Source of the DNA: Chiloscyllium plagiosum
Taxonomy: Eukaryota
Reading direction: 5' to 3'
DNA length: 48,010 bases
NCBI RefSeq assembly: GCF_004010195.1
Contig: NC_057719.1
Span: 81,524,840 to 81,572,849, forward strand
Of this stretch, positions 1 through 12,785 are shown one piece after another; positions within the stretch are counted from its first letter, which is position 1, and each line of letters starts with the position of its first letter. The notes beneath the pieces are model-generated. The model saw only the letters and a program-made list of their open reading frames with translations. It was not told where the DNA came from and did not search any database. The position numbers and the translations under genes are program-made.

Positions 1-194
1 CGAATCAAAAGCATCAAGCCTGAGGATGATACATATAATTGTACAAAGGTGAGTGGCAGATCAGATATTTGGGCTATGAAGAATGGCAGAGAATGACAAA
101 GATTAATCAGGAGAAAAGAGTCAGAATATGAGAGGAAGCTAGTTAGAAACAGAAAATGAATAACAAGAGTTTCTGCATGTATGTAAAAAGGAAA

Positions 195-409
195 CAGAGT
201 CGAAAAGTGTGGTGCTCAAAACGCACAGCAGGTCAGTCAGCATCCGAGGAGCAGGAGAGTCGATGTTTCAGCCATAAGCCCTTCAGCATGGCCCAAAACG
301 TTGACTCTCCTGCTCCCTGGATGCTGCCTGACCTGCTGTGCTTTTCCAGTGCCACACTTTTTGACTCTGACTCTCCAGTATCTGCAGTCCTCACTTTCTC
401 CTAGTTGAT
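195..409. mobile_element. Penelope-like element terminal fragment in inverted (palindromic) arrangement
   Basis: 195-~280 is the imperfect reverse complement of ~288-369. Same sequence as the terminus preceding the PLE ORF at 46972-47045. Confidence 0.8.
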
Positions 410-904
410 GACAAAGGGAACAGGTACAAATAAGTATTCAAGAATGGTAATGGGTTGCTGTACTTCATTACAAGAGGAACTTAACATAAAAGTATGATTT
501 TATTCATCGGTTGTACAGGGCTTTAGTGAGATTACATGTCAAACAGTGTGTGCAGTTTTGGTGTCCTTATTTAACGAAACATGTAAATTCATTGGATGTG
601 GTTCAGAAGTGGTTTACTACATTGATACCTAGAAAGAATAGGTTGTTGTATGAGGATAGGTTGTACAAGCTGGGCTTGTTTCGATTGAACTTTAGAAGAA
701 GGACAGATAACTTGATTGAAGTGTATAAGATCCTGAATGTGCTTAACAAGATGGACATAGAAATGGTATTTTCTCTTGTGAGTGAGTCCTAAATTAGAAA
801 ATATGATTTAAAAATTAGAGGTTGCCCTTCTAAAACATAGGGAAGCATGTTTTTTTCTCTGAGGTCTGTATGACTTGGGAATTGTTTGCCTCAGATGGTG
901 GTGG

Positions 905-998
905 AGTCAAGAGTATGGTGCTAGAAAAGCACAACAGGTCAGGCAGCATCTGAGGAGCAGGAGAACCGACGTTTCAGGCATAAGCCCTTCATCAGGAA
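905..998 (-). mobile_element. Short PLE terminal insert with hammerhead motif
   Basis: Minus strand reads CTGATGA-A-GGGC-TTAT-GCCT-GAAAC-GTC. Flanked by a degenerate duplication agatggtggtggagtca / agatggaggtggtagtca. Confidence 0.8.
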
Positions 999-1053
999 GA
1001 TGGAGGTGGTAGTCAGGTCATTGAATGTTTTTAAGCCAGAGGCAAATAGAATC

Positions 1054-1187
1054 CAAAATAAAGCAAAGAATTGCAGGTGCTGGAAATTTGAGACAAAAAG
1101 AAATTGCTGGAGAAACCTAGCAGGTCTGGTAGCATTTGTGGAGAGAAAGCAGAATTAACATTTCAAATCCAGTGATCCTTCTTCAGG
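1054..1187 (-). mobile_element. Short PLE terminal insert (second family) with decayed hammerhead
   Basis: 9-bp TSD AATAGAATC (1045-1053, 1188-1196). Minus strand CTGAAGA-A-GGATC-ACTG-GATTT-GAAAT-GTT. Confidence 0.75.
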
Positions 1188-1276
1188 AATAGAATCTTGT
1201 TGGATATGAGATTCAAAGGTTGTGAGTGGTGAATGGGAATGTGGTTTCAAAACATAATTATGATCTTATTTGTGTG

Positions 1277-1755
1277 TGTTTTAAAAAATTCTCAAGGTCA
1301 GGTTCGTAGGAGAGTAGTCTGACACAGAACAAACGACCAAGAGGCGAGTCTGCTAGAATATGGGCATTTTATTCCCCGCAGCGTCGCCACAACGGGTCTG
1401 GCTTATACTCACTCTACATGTTACCGGAACTGGGAGCCGTCAGTTCTCGTAGAGCGGTTGCCAACAACCCACGCTCGGCGGTTAAACGTAACCCCGGAGC
1501 AGACTCACCGAACTGGAGACTTTTCCAGCTGATATACTCTTTTCCAGATATAAACATTCATGTGAACAGCAGAGCAAGGCTAAAAAACACATTCCATTCT
1601 GGTTACATACAGATAAGAAGATTCACACGGGGAGGTGTGTAATAAGATTCACACGGGACTAAGCAACACCTCCATTCCGGTTAGATTCACACATGTATTG
1701 GGACATAATTTTTAACCGTTTCACCACATTCCACTGCTTGGAATTTTACACCACA
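1277..1755 (-). mobile_element. Solo LTR (479 bp) of an LTR retrotransposon or endogenous retrovirus
   Basis: TGT...ACA ends, 5-bp TSD GTGTG (1272-1276, 1756-1760), imperfect terminal inverted repeat (11/15 nt), AATAAA on minus strand at 1368-1373, internal direct repeats agattcacac x3, CpG-rich. Interrupts a CR1 3' UTR. Confidence 0.85.
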
Positions 1756-3077
1756 GTGTGGTAGCAGACTTGAGGGGCAGAATGGCTTATTTCTGCTCCT
1801 AGTTTGCATGTTTGTGTATATCTGTATTCAGATGTATTCCATTTGCTGTGAACAGTCTTGGTTCATCTGAGGCACTATACAAATGCATGTTTTCTTTATT
1901 TGAAAAAAGTCCTGTGACATTGCAGTCCATATAAATTTCAGATTGCCCTCAATATAATCCATAGCCTAGGCTTTAAATCAGTAACCTAAAATTCAAGAAT
2001 TCCTCCAGGGAATAAATATATTTATTCTCTGACGAACTGGATTTGGAAATTGTTGGTGTGTTACTTCCATTCCTGAAAGTGAATAACAATACATGTAAAT
2101 ATGCCTTTCAGCCCAGCTTCCTTTCTAGTCTATGTTGGCGTACAATACTACTTTACATTTGGACAGCTGGCAATGTCTGCAAGAAGTCAGGGCAGGAGAT
2201 GCCCAGGAGTGCATCAGCATTTGGAAGAAAATTCCCTGGTTTATCAAAAGGCAAGTCCATGCTTTGCAGTGTCAGACTCAAATCTGTTGCTGTTGACTTC
2301 ACTTCGGATGATTACATACGTGGATGAACGTGAGGAGCATGATTTGGCAGTGACTTGCATTTATATAGCTCCTTTAATGTCTTAAAACATCCTGAGGATA
2401 TAAAAATACAAGTTATTTTACCATCAATTCTATTTGACTCTGTTCCATTTGAGAAACTACCCCACCCAAGGATTGCAGAACCTTACTTTGCGTCACCTTG
2501 ATGCTTGGTTAGAATTTCCACCACATGGGTACTGAAAACGTTTGAGTCAACAGTCAAGCCATGATTAATTTCTTTTGTAAGTGGACCTGCTGCTGCAGGG
2601 CCTAAAAAGGCAAACAGAACACCCAGATTAAATATTTACATTTTTCAAGCTAGAAAAGGCTTTGTATCCTGTGCTAGAATTCTTTCTAGCATTGTTCCCA
2701 AGAACCAAGGCCTCCGTCACACCCAAAACAAACATTGTTAATTAGAAGGGCATTGCTTTGCAGCCGCAGGTGGGTCAATCTCGTTGGGTCATGTCACTGT
2801 ATCCACCACTTTTGTTAAACATGAAATGCTTCAAGACTAATGTTCAATTCCAAGAGTTTTAAATGATACATAGATTGTTTTCAGTGATAAAAAGTCATTG
2901 ACTTGCAGTTTTGCTTTCTCAGCACCTTTTTCATGGGATAAGTTTCAAGTAACCCCAGGCTGTTTTCCATTGCTTCAATACCTGGGGAAAAGAGCTTTCC
3001 ATTTGCACTGGTGGTGTTTGCTTCACTGCATTTCTGGACAGCTTGCTCCCACCCCATATCACTTTACTGTCTGAATG

Positions 3078-3130
3078 AGAGGCCTTGTGGTGCAGTGGGT
3101 AATATCCCTACATCTGGGCCAGAAGCTACA
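3078..3130 (+). mobile_element. tRNA-derived SINE head (degraded)
   Basis: gaggccttgtggtgcagtgggtaa...ccctacatctgggccagaagct, with an A-box-like start. Confidence 0.4.
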
Positions 3131-3902
3131 TGCACTTGATGATCATGAAAGAGCATGTTGTAACCACATACTGTAGATTAACTATCGATTGATTATTGCA
3201 AATCCCATGTCACAGCAGTTGGTAAGAGTGGAGAGTTCCCTGGTCAGTCAGGACCCTGTGGTAGCTGCAGCACAACGGCCTCCCCTAGTTAAAGGACTCC
3301 ACGCATTCGTCTTTAGCATGAGCAAGTGTCATCCTCATTCTCAGAGAGTATCCCATGCACTATCTGAATTGTGCCTATTAATTCTTAAATCCTTCCCTTT
3401 CCCCTCCCATCATGAAATTAAATTGTCAATGTTGTTTCGCAGGGATAGATCCTAGTGTCTGAGGTAGGAATGTCTTTTTCCCTTTGCCCCAGCTTTTCTT
3501 AAGATAGGGAGTGTGATTTGTTTTGCACTGATTTGTCAAGTGCTGTTTGTTGGCATATGATATACTAACCTTGAAATGTTATCCAATGCTTACAAATGAT
3601 ATCTATTATTCACCACTCCCAGAAACGCATTCTTCATGGTTGAATAATGTGCTGTTTGAATTAAGGAATACCTTGACTCACACTTACCTACCACTCAAAT
3701 CAATAGCTTGAGGTTTTGCAGGTATTTGCTTTCCTCTCACCTCTTAAGTTCACTCAGTAGCATCTTGTATTTTTTACTCCCTCAGCCACCTGGCCGTTTC
3801 TGATGTTGTACAGTACCATGGGCAGTGTTCTGCTATCTAACAAATCGTTTTTTGGGGGGGAAGCAATTAAATAATTTACAGGGGAATTTCTATGTACAGA
3901 AT

Positions 3903-5350
3903 TTCTTTATTCAGTCATTGGATGTGACATCGCTGGCTGGCCAGCATTTATTGTCCGTCCCTAGTTTCCATTGAGAAGGTGGTGGTGAGCTGCCTTCTTG
4001 AACAGCTGCAGTCCATGTGCTGTGTACATGGTGATATATTTCTAAGACAGAAAGGCTCAGAGGGAGCTTGTGGTAGTGTTCCCATACATCTGCTGCCCTT
4101 GTCCTTCTAGATGGGAGTGGTCATGGGTTTGGAAGATGCTCTCTAAGGAACTTTGATAAATTTTGACAGTGCATCTTGTAGATAATACAGACCGCTACTA
4201 CTGAGTGTCTTTGGCGATGGGAGTCGATGCTAGTGGGTGTGGTGCTAATCAAGTTCTGTCTTGGATTGTGTCAAGCTTCTTGAGTGTTGTAGGAACTACA
4301 CCCATCCAGATAAATGGGGAGTATTTCATCACACCCCCAACTTGTGCTTAGCAGATGGTGGACAGGCTTAAGGTTTTTATGAGGAGAACTATTCTCCACA
4401 AGATTCCTAGCATCTGACCTGCTTTTGTAGCCATTGTGTTTATATGGCTAGACGAGTGAGTTTCTTTCTAGTCAATGGTAACCTCCTCAGGATGTTTAAT
4501 AGTGTGGGATTCAGTGATGGTAATACCATTCAATGACAAGCGTAGTGGTTAGATTTTCTCTTGTTGGTGATGGTCATTGCATGGCATCTGTGTGGTGTGA
4601 ATGTTAGTTGCCACAAGTCAGCCCATACCTGGATATGTGCCAGGTATGAGTCAAACCAGCAGAGAGCTTTCCCCTGATATCTTTTCATTCCAGTTTTTGC
4701 TGAGAGTCCTTGATGGCACATTCAGTTAAATGCAGCCTTGATGTCAAGGGCTGTCACTATAACCTCACCTCTGGAATTCAGCTCCTTTGTCCATGTTTGA
4801 ACCAAGGCAATAATGAGGCCAGGAGCTGAGTGGCCCAAGTGGAGCCCAAACTGGGCATCACTGAGCAGGTTGTTGCCGAGCAGGTGCTGCTTGATAGCAC
4901 TGTCGATGACACCTTCCAACACTTTATGATGATCAAGAATAGACTTCTTGGGTGGTAATTGTCTGGGTTGGATTAGCCCTGCTTTTTATGTGGAAGACAT
5001 ATCTGGGCAATATTCTACATTGTCAAGTAGATGCCAGTATTGTAACTGTACTGGAACAGCTTGGCTAGGGGAGCGGCAAGTTCAGTACTATTGCCGGAGT
5101 GTTGTCAGGGCTCACAACCTTGCAGTATCCAGTGTCTCCAAATGTTTCTTGGTGTCATGTGAATGAATCGAATCGGCTGAAGACTGGGATCTGTGACGCT
5201 TGGGACCTCTGGAGGAGGCGGAATGAATCATTGACTCGCCACTTCTGGCTGAAGATTGCTGCAAATGCTTCACCTCTATTTTTGCACTGTTGAGCTGGGC
5301 TCCCCCCAAATTGGGGATAGAGATATTTTTGGAGTTTTATTATTTTCATT
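3903..5350 (-). mobile_element. CR1/L2-clade LINE family 2, internally deleted 3' part
   Basis: Minus ORF 4722-4922 ...LLSDAQFG...TALDIKAAF is an RT segment. Homologous to 29040-29918 and 39540-41830. Confidence 0.85.
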
Positions 5351-5889
5351 GACTTGAGTAATTACATTTGGCTCCCAGTTTGAAGCTGGGTTCAGTCAGA
5401 GAGCTTAACCATACGTTGCAAATCAATATAATAATCTGGAAGACGTTCGTGAAATGTCATATTGTAGGAGATGAGAGGACCTCCACCATCCCAATTTACA
5501 TTTATATTTCACTGACATGTCTGAAAGCAATTCATAGGAGTGTAATGTGACATAATTTTACCCTGATCCAAATAAAGAAATATGGCTGTAAGCAGTTTCA
5601 GGTTCAATCAAACAAGTATGTCTTGAGGAGCATAGTTTGTTCTTGAAAGGCCCTTGAGCTTCTTATAAATTTTATTTGTCAACTGTTAGGCCTGTAATCA
5701 AGTATGAATAGAAAAAACTCCTTGAGGGGATTCATCGAATCATAATATTGGGTTCTTGTAGCAGGTCTTCCTTCCATTCCAGTGACTCAGCAGATGGTTC
5801 GATGGAACTTGGCTTTATCACAATGACCGTATGGAGAAGAGAACTTAGAAGAAATAAGTGGGACGCTCAGAACAGTATTGATTGGAATA

Positions 5890-6300
5890 AAGAAAGTGCA
5901 TTCATATAGTGCCTTTCACAACCTCAGAATGCCCCACAGCATTTTACAATCAGGAATGTATAGTTGCCACTGAAATGTGGGAAACACATCACACAGCAGG
6001 GAAATATTGACTATGTTGATTGACATTAGCGATGTGGACTGTGAGATAAATGCCCAGGCATGGAGAGCAGTCCAGCTCTGCTTCAAATGTCATTGGATAT
6101 TTTATATAAAGCTGTGTTGGCAAGGAGGATCTCAATTTAAAGACTCGTCAGAACAGTAGTGACAGACTCTGACAGTGCAGCACTCCCCTACTGATACATT
6201 GAAATATCACACTGGATTATGTGCTCAAACTTTTGGAGTGAGTTATGAGCCGAGCTCCTCCTCACTCAGGTTCAGGATACGATGAACTGAACTACAGTAG
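5890..6300 (-). mobile_element. Deu-domain SINE (SacSINE1/AmnSINE1-like)
   Basis: tctgacagtgcagcactccc..tac..attggattatgtgctcaa..tggagtg is the reverse of the recalled Deu domain/tRNA head. The gcctttcacaacctcag tail resembles L2. Confidence 0.7.
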
Positions 6301-6559
6301 ACACCGTTTTAATAGTAATAAAACAGGGAGACAGTCTTGCATTGGAGAAAATTGTTTAGCAGTGACTATAGTTTGAGAAGTCCTCAATTTGGCATCCACC
6401 TCAGCAGTAAGAGGAATGGAGCAGTACTCACAGATATTGTTGATACTTTATGATCTATCTCTCTGCTATCTTTCTGCATGAAAATAATATAGATAATATT
6501 GCTGTGTATATCATCCAACCTTTCCATGTCTTACACTGTAGCTGTTATCCACATTATTT

Positions 6560-7130
6560 ATAAATGCTCATTGCTGTAGATCTACATACCTTGGTGAGAG
6601 CACTTCTGTACTGTGTACAGTTTAGTCTCCTTATTCTGAAAATAATATTTTTTTTAGAAACAGGCCAGAGAATGCTCACTTCCTCAACCCTGAGGAAAGG
6701 TTGAACAGATTAGGTCTATACTCGTTGGAATTCAGAAAAATGAGATGTTGTCTTTATTGAAACATTGACTATCTCGATGGAATAGCATGGATGCCAGGAG
6801 GAAGTTTCCTGTTGTAGGGGAGACTAAAACTAGGATGACATAGTTTGAGAATAAAAGGTCTCTCTTTTAAGACAGAGATTAGAAGAATGATTTTATTTCT
6901 CAAAGATTTTATTAGAATGTCGGATCCTCTTTCACGAAAGGGTGGTGGATGCACTCTTTTATATTTATTCAAGACTCACTTAAATTTTTGATAGACAAGG
7001 GAATCGAGGGTTATGGTGTGCAAATGAAAAGTGGAGCTGAAGCCACAATCAGAACAGCCGTCATCTTGTTGAATGGTGGAGTAAGCTCAAAGGGCCAAAA
7101 GACCTACTCCTGCTACTTATGTTCCTATGG
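6560..7130 (+). mobile_element. Old CR1 3' fragment
   Basis: Degraded ORF2 end and 3' UTR ending ggccaaaagacctactcctgct..ttatgttcctatg. Confidence 0.75.
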
Positions 7131-7899
7131 ACACACTGACCTTTCCGCATACTACTTATGCTTATCCACATCCCCCGTTCAATATATTCTAACTTGTTAC
7201 CAAATAATCAGTGATAATGAACTTTGCATTTCACATCAACAAACAACTACTAAACAACTTTGCATATACCTTTGCAATCATTCAAAGATTCCCTTAGTGG
7301 AGGTTGCGCAAATCAGATCATAAACTGCGATGATCCTTGCAATGTGATTATGCTAACCACAAGCACCAAACATTCAATCTGCTTCTGCTGTCTTAAATCA
7401 GCATTGGTTTGTTATGAATCATCCAGCCTCATTATCATTCTTGTTCTTCTCCAGAATTCCCCTGTAGAACTTGCTTAATAATGAATCCTCGCCAGTGGTC
7501 TTTCTGTCACATGAACGACCCAGCAGGACTGTTGTTCACCAGAAGATGGATTTGCTGCTACCATCCTCCGTTTAGGTTAGGAACTACAGGGTCTGCCTTG
7601 TCAAGTGCGGTAAAGGAAAACCATTTGGGTATTCTAATGAGAAGAGGCTCTGAAACAGGGTATAGTTTTATTGTATGATGATAATCCTATACAAGTTACG
7701 GTTAGTATGATAGACATTGTTACAAAGACCTAGAAGGTAGGTCAGTCTTCTTCAAGATGCGAGCTCTCAATCAAATGCTTGTTGTATTAAGTGGTGCTTA
7801 ATGCATTCCTCAGCATTAACCTTATCAAAGTCTAAAATCATACGCTGCATCTCTCCCCCCTCCATTCTCGAGCTTTTTTTCCATTATTAATAAGGATAC

Positions 7900-8230
7900 A
7901 TTCATATACATAATTACATTTGCCACTACTACATCTCCTTTACTGACTGCAGAAACTCACCAAGTCTCCTTTGACAGCTCTTTTGAGAAGCCTCTCGCAT
8001 CTAGAAGGTTAAAGGCAGTAGGTATATGTGAATGCTAACACCTGCAAATTTCACTGCAAGCTACTCACTATATCTCTGTTGCTTCAATGTCACCAGGTTA
8101 AGATCTTAGAACTCCCTCCCTTGGAATATATCTAAACCCTTAAGAGTGCAGGGTTCTAGAGGTGTATGCTAACACTGTCTCAAGGGCAATACATGCTGGC
8201 CTAGCCAACAAGTCCCACATCTCATTAACA
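7900..8230 (+). mobile_element. CR1/L2-clade LINE family 2, 3' fragment
   Basis: Reverse-complement homolog of 3903-4200 and 29040-29400; ends caagggcaat..atgctggcctagcca...cccacatc. Confidence 0.65.
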
Positions 8231-8300
8231 AGTAATATTCTGTTCTAAAACATCTCATGAACCAATCTGGTGAGCTTTAGATGCACTCCCTCTAAGTAAG

Positions 8301-8629
8301 GGATGTCATGGTGGCTCAGTGGTTAGCACTGTTGCCTCACAGCGCCAGGGACCTGGGTTTGATTCCAGCCTCTGGCGACTGTGTGGAGTTTGCACATTCT
8401 CCCCGTGTGTGCGTGGGTTTCCTCTGGCTGCTCTGGTTTCCTCCCACATTCCAAAAATGTGCAGGTTAGGTGAATTGGTCATGCTAAATTAACCATAGTG
8501 TTCAAGGATGTGTAGGTTAGGTGCATTAGTTGTGGGAAATGTAGAGTAATAGAGTAGGGGAATTGATCTGGGTAGACTTGATGGGCCAAATGGCCTGTTT
8601 TCATGCTGTAGGGATTCTATTATTCTAAG
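8301..8629 (+). mobile_element. HE1-type tRNA-derived V-SINE
   Basis: A box tggctcagtgg, B box gtttgattcc, V-domain tgtgtggagtttgcacattctccccgtg, CR1-like tail gggccaaatggcctgttt. Confidence 0.9.
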
Positions 8630-8734
8630 TTTATTCATTGTTCCTTCTGCAATAAGACAGTCATTCCATATGCCTTCCTACTTTCATGCTGTGTCTGCAT
8701 GGTGACCTTTGTGAGTTGAGTACAAGAACACCAT

Positions 8735-9100
8735 GTCATCGAGCATGGAAACATACCCTTTGGTCCAACCAGTCCATGTTGACCATGTTCCCAAACTAAA
8801 CGTGCTTGGCCCATATCCCTCCAAACCTTTCCTCTCCATGAACTTATCCAAATGTCTTTTAAATGTTGTAACTGTACCTACAACTGAGACTTTCTCTGCC
8901 AGTTCACTCCACACACAAACCCACTGTCTGTGTAAAAAAAGTTGCCTCTCATGTCCTTTTTAAATCTTTCTCCTCTCACCTTAAAAATTTGTCCCCTAAT
9001 TTTGAACTCCCCTACCTGAGGGAAAAGACCCTTGTCACCCGCCTTATCTTCATGATTTTATAAACTTCAATAACATCAACCTCCTACGCTCCAGTGGCAA
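8735..9100 (-). mobile_element. Young CR1 (HER1-like) 3' fragment
   Basis: Minus ORF 8684-8914 WSEL.EKV..VGTVTTFKRHLDKFMERKGLEGYGP. Confidence 0.85.
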
Positions 9101-9394
9101 AAAAGGCTCAGAGTCCTTCTCAATGCCAACACTTCCCAGTCTGTCACATTCAAAACTTTGTTCCTATTTTTCTACCAATCTAGATAACTTTTCTCCATGT
9201 CATATGCTATCTAACATGTTCCAAGTCAGGTACGTAACCTATCTGAGTTCTTTCCTAGCCTCTTTGGGCCCTCATCTTATACATTCCCACCAACTTCCAT
9301 TCACCAGAAATCTTGGTTCATTACACTTGGCCCCTTGTTTAAGACTTTGATACAGATTGTAAATTTCCGGAGGAACAAGTATTGATTCTTCCTG

Positions 9395-9620
9395 TTAGAT
9401 GAAGTCACTGTTGTCCCAAAGAGCTGCTCCCTCATGAAAAGGAGAGAGAGAGAGAGAGAGAGAGATACAGAGACAACTGCTGGTGGTTTAACCTGAGGGT
9501 CATCACACCTCAAGTTGAGAAGGCTGGATCTTCATAGTAACCTCACCTAGTTTGGCAATTGCACCCACACCATTGTGTCACTCTGCACTCCAAACCAGCT
9601 CCAGCCAACTGAGTTAATCA
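9395..9620 (-). mobile_element. tRNA-derived SINE with internal (CT)n tract
   Basis: Reverse-complement homolog of 38487-38703; (GA)n at 9442-9465; tRNA-like head ttaactcagttggctggagctggttt on minus strand. Confidence 0.65.
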
Positions 9621-10007
9621 AACTGAGTTACACTGATTTTTTGCAATTACCCACGACCTATAAACCTGCCAAACTAAAAATGATCTGGTTACTTCTACTC
9701 CTTATCTTCTGTCTATTATCCATTCCTAAATCCATGCTAAAATGTTAACTCTTAACTCATAAGATTTGATTCTATGTAATAAACTATTCTGATGAATTCT
9801 TATGCCTTTTGAAAATCCAAAGACTCTGCATCTATTAGTTCAGTTTTGTCACTCTACAAATTGTAATCGCAAGATTTCCAAAAGAGATGCACCAAACACA
9901 ATTTTCATAACTTATTGTCAGCTGTGCTATATCATAAGACAATTTTCTATGTTCTGTGCTACTAGGCCCCTAATAATAAATTCTAGGACATTCTTTATGA
10001 CATGGAG

Positions 10008-10128
10008 AAAATACTGTAAGTGAAATCTGAAATAAAAACAGAAAATTCTGAAAATACTGGACAGATCCAGCAGTATCTGTGGAAAGAGACAGAGTTAACA
10101 TTTCAGATTGATGACCCTTCATCAGAAC
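10008..10128 (-). mobile_element. Short PLE terminal insert with hammerhead motif
   Basis: Minus strand GTT-CTGATGA-A-GGGTC-ATC-AATCT-GAAAT-GTT-AAC; helix I GTT/AAC. Similar to 1054-1187. Confidence 0.7.
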
Positions 10129-10139
10129 CCTTAGTATAA

Positions 10140-11760
10140 CTATCTTATAATTCCTTGATTTGTTACTTCTTTCTCGAATAGCAGGATTATGTTAGCTATC
10201 TTCAACTTCCTGCAGACCATTACAGAATCCAGGGAATTCTGTAAGATTAAAGCTAATGCACTTGTTGTCTCTGTTACCCTCTTTAAAACTTTATAGTGTT
10301 GGCCATCCTGCAGTTTATTAGATTTCTCAGTTTTTCATACTCTAGAATGATTTTGTCAATAATATACTTATATTTATAATTAAATAATTATAATTGATAT
10401 AATTATGTAATTATAACTATAATTTATCCTGTCACAGCCTCTCAAACAGTCATATTTACAATTGCTAATCTCTTCCTTGTAACATATAGTGGAAGCTTTC
10501 ACATTTTTTTTGGCTCTAGTTAGTTTATTATCATATTGTCTTTTCTCTTTATTGATATATTGGTCACCCTTTGCCGATTTTATAATTCTTTAAAACTTCG
10601 TGTTTAGAACTTTAGGCAAGTCTTTTAACTACTACTGTCTTTAACTTCTCTTGTTAGCCAGAATTGAACTACTTTTTCCATGGGATTTTTATTCCATAAA
10701 GCAGCAGAAAATTATTACAAATTATGAGTTAACTCTTTAAATGTTCGTCATTACCTACCTATAGCCTTTTGATCTGGTCTCCCAGTATGGCTTAGCCAAC
10801 CCAGTCCTCTTGCCTATATACTATGCTTTGTTCGTGTTTAAGTGCAAATTCCTTATTTAACTAAATCACTTGCAAATTCTTTATTAAATTCTTATCATGT
10901 TGTGACAACTCTCCTTCATTTGCTACAAGTTTATTGGCTAACACTGTCTGAATTCAGTCCAGTTAGAACAGGAATCGAACGCTGTTATTGGCACCAATCT
11001 AATCCAAACTGTCTGCCTAACTAACCAACTACCCAGGAAATCTGGCTTGCTGTGGCAGCAAACACCTCTACATGCATTTTGTAACCTGGAGCTATAGATA
11101 GTGACAGTAGAGACTCCAGTTTATTTCCATAACTGGCCAGGAATCTTACCACCTGCCATTAATGTGTGTTAAAAGTATTTCCAAGTTGATACTGTATCTG
11201 TTTGACTGTATTATGAATGTTTCTACTTTGGCTACCAAGTAGCTACAGTGGCACTTGAACCCACAGCCTCTGACTCAGAAGTAAGGCCACTACCTTACTT
11301 CACAAGGCATTTGATTGTGCAAAGCTATAACTAAAATAACTTGTTCCTTGATTGCTTACCTGACAACCTGATTGAGGAAATTATTGTTAATACATTTTGG
11401 AAACTTGATATCCAAGTTATTACTCCAAATCTGATTTGCCCAACTTAGATTGTACTTGAAGATTCAAGTTCAACATAATCACAATATGCCTCTAACTTAT
11501 TTTGTAAGAGTGCTCAAACATGACTCCCTTCATTGTGTTCACTCTGTTGTTTATTGTGTGCACATAAATTGGTTGTACATCTGGATTTTCTGAGTCGAGG
11601 TCTTTTCTCCCTACTATCTTTATCCCATTCTTAATCAACAGGGCTACCTCTCCTGACTTTCCATTCCTTCTATTGCTTATAAATGTCAGTTATTCCACAA
11701 TATTTAATTACCAACCTTTGGCACTCTCCAAACATGTCTCCATAATAATCGTTAGATTCT
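10140..11760 (-). mobile_element. Very old CR1 ORF2 remnant (endonuclease side) with nested fragments
   Basis: Scattered CR1-like stretches, e.g. cagaatccagggaattctg at ~10225 and a degenerate ITETW-like segment at ~11710-11750. No open frame. Confidence 0.45.
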
Positions 11761-11999
11761 CCAGAGTTGGCAGTCAGCTGATGCGCCACCAGTAAATGAT
11801 AGCCTTCTACATGTATGTGGTGACGACAACTTTTGTTGTTTACCACATGGGATCTGCTCTGCGTAGAATTATCTTAAACTCTTGCGCATCTTTGTAACAC
11901 ATGCTCTTTCACCTGGTCAATCCCTTGTGCCCACTTATAAAGTACCAGTGATTAAAACATCCATTTATGAGATTAAAATTGAGACAGACTATTTATATA

Positions 12000-12392
12000 A
12001 GCAATGGTGGCACATAGGTAATTTTAGTAGTCCAAAGATCCAGATTATTGCTCCAATGACAAAGGTTCAAATACAATTGCAAAAGTTGATGGAATTTAGA
12101 TTCATTTAATCAAAGGAAAAAAACTAAATTTGGTATTGAAATCTAATTTTAGTAAGTAGTGACTCTGAAACTATCAAAGACCATTGTAAAGAACCATCCA
12201 GTCCACTGCTGTCCTTTAAGAATATCTTCCATCCTTATCTGATCTAGCCTAGTTGTGACTCCAAACCCAGAACAATATGGCTGACCCTTAACTGCCCTGA
12301 TATGGCTTGGCTTGCCACTCAATTCAAAGGCAGTTAGGGAAGAGGAGTCACTGCTGTATTTGGCACCTACATCCTGTCAAAGTATTTTTAAA
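12000..12392 (+). mobile_element. SINE family sharing its 3' tail with LINE family 2
   Basis: Core gtcctttaag..ccatccttatctg.tctagcct..tgtgactcca.accc also present at 43120-43260 (+), 18483-18810 (+), 28400-28650 (-) and 37690-38090 (-). Confidence 0.65.
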
Positions 12393-12480
12393 AAGTCAGA
12401 GCTGAAAAGGTTGGGTGGTGGGCGAGGTTGTTAACCGTTGCATCAAGTGTATGCAAAACTATGAATTGTGTTGCCACAAT

Positions 12481-12785
12481 TAGATTAGATTACTTATAGT
12501 GTGGAAACAGGCCCTTCGGCCCAACAAGTCCAACCGACCAACAACCCACCCAGACCCATTCCCTTACATTTACCCCTTCACCTGACACTATGGGCAATTT
12601 AGCATGGCCAATTCACCTAACCTGCACATTTTTGGACTGTGGGAGAAAATCGGAGCATCTGGAGGAAACCCACGCAGACACTGGGAGAATGTGCAAACTC
12701 CACACAGTCATCTGAGGCGGGAATTGAACCCGGGTCTCTGGCACTGTGAGGCCGCAGTGCTAACCACTGTGCCACCGTGCCGCCC
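12481..12785 (-). mobile_element. HE1-type V-SINE, full length
   Basis: Minus strand gggcggcacggtggcacagtggttagcactgc...gggttcaattcc, V-domain, tail ending taatctaatcta. Confidence 0.92.

Larger units (their letters stand above)
1..1815 (+). mobile_element. Old CR1-type LINE fragment (ORF2 C-terminus and 3' UTR) carrying four nested insertions
   Basis: ORF 511-792 YRALVRLH...CVQFWCPY...LGLF...RRRTDNLIEVYKIL is a CR1 ORF2 C-terminus. The 3' UTR (tgatcttatt...agcagacttgaggggcagaatggc..ctgctcct) is split by the LTR at 1277-1755. Confidence 0.85.

Noticed and set aside
1277..1755. MITE or DNA transposon interpretation of the 479-bp insert
   Set aside because: The terminal repeat is short and imperfect. 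TG...CA ends, a 5-bp TSD and an oriented polyA signal fit a solo LTR better.
8301..8390. tRNA gene (also 12715-12785 and 37315-37385)
   Set aside because: These are tRNA-derived heads of HE1-type SINEs, continuous with the V-domain and LINE tail.
10365..10425. AT-rich self-complementary stretch
   Set aside because: Low-complexity sequence with no defined structure.
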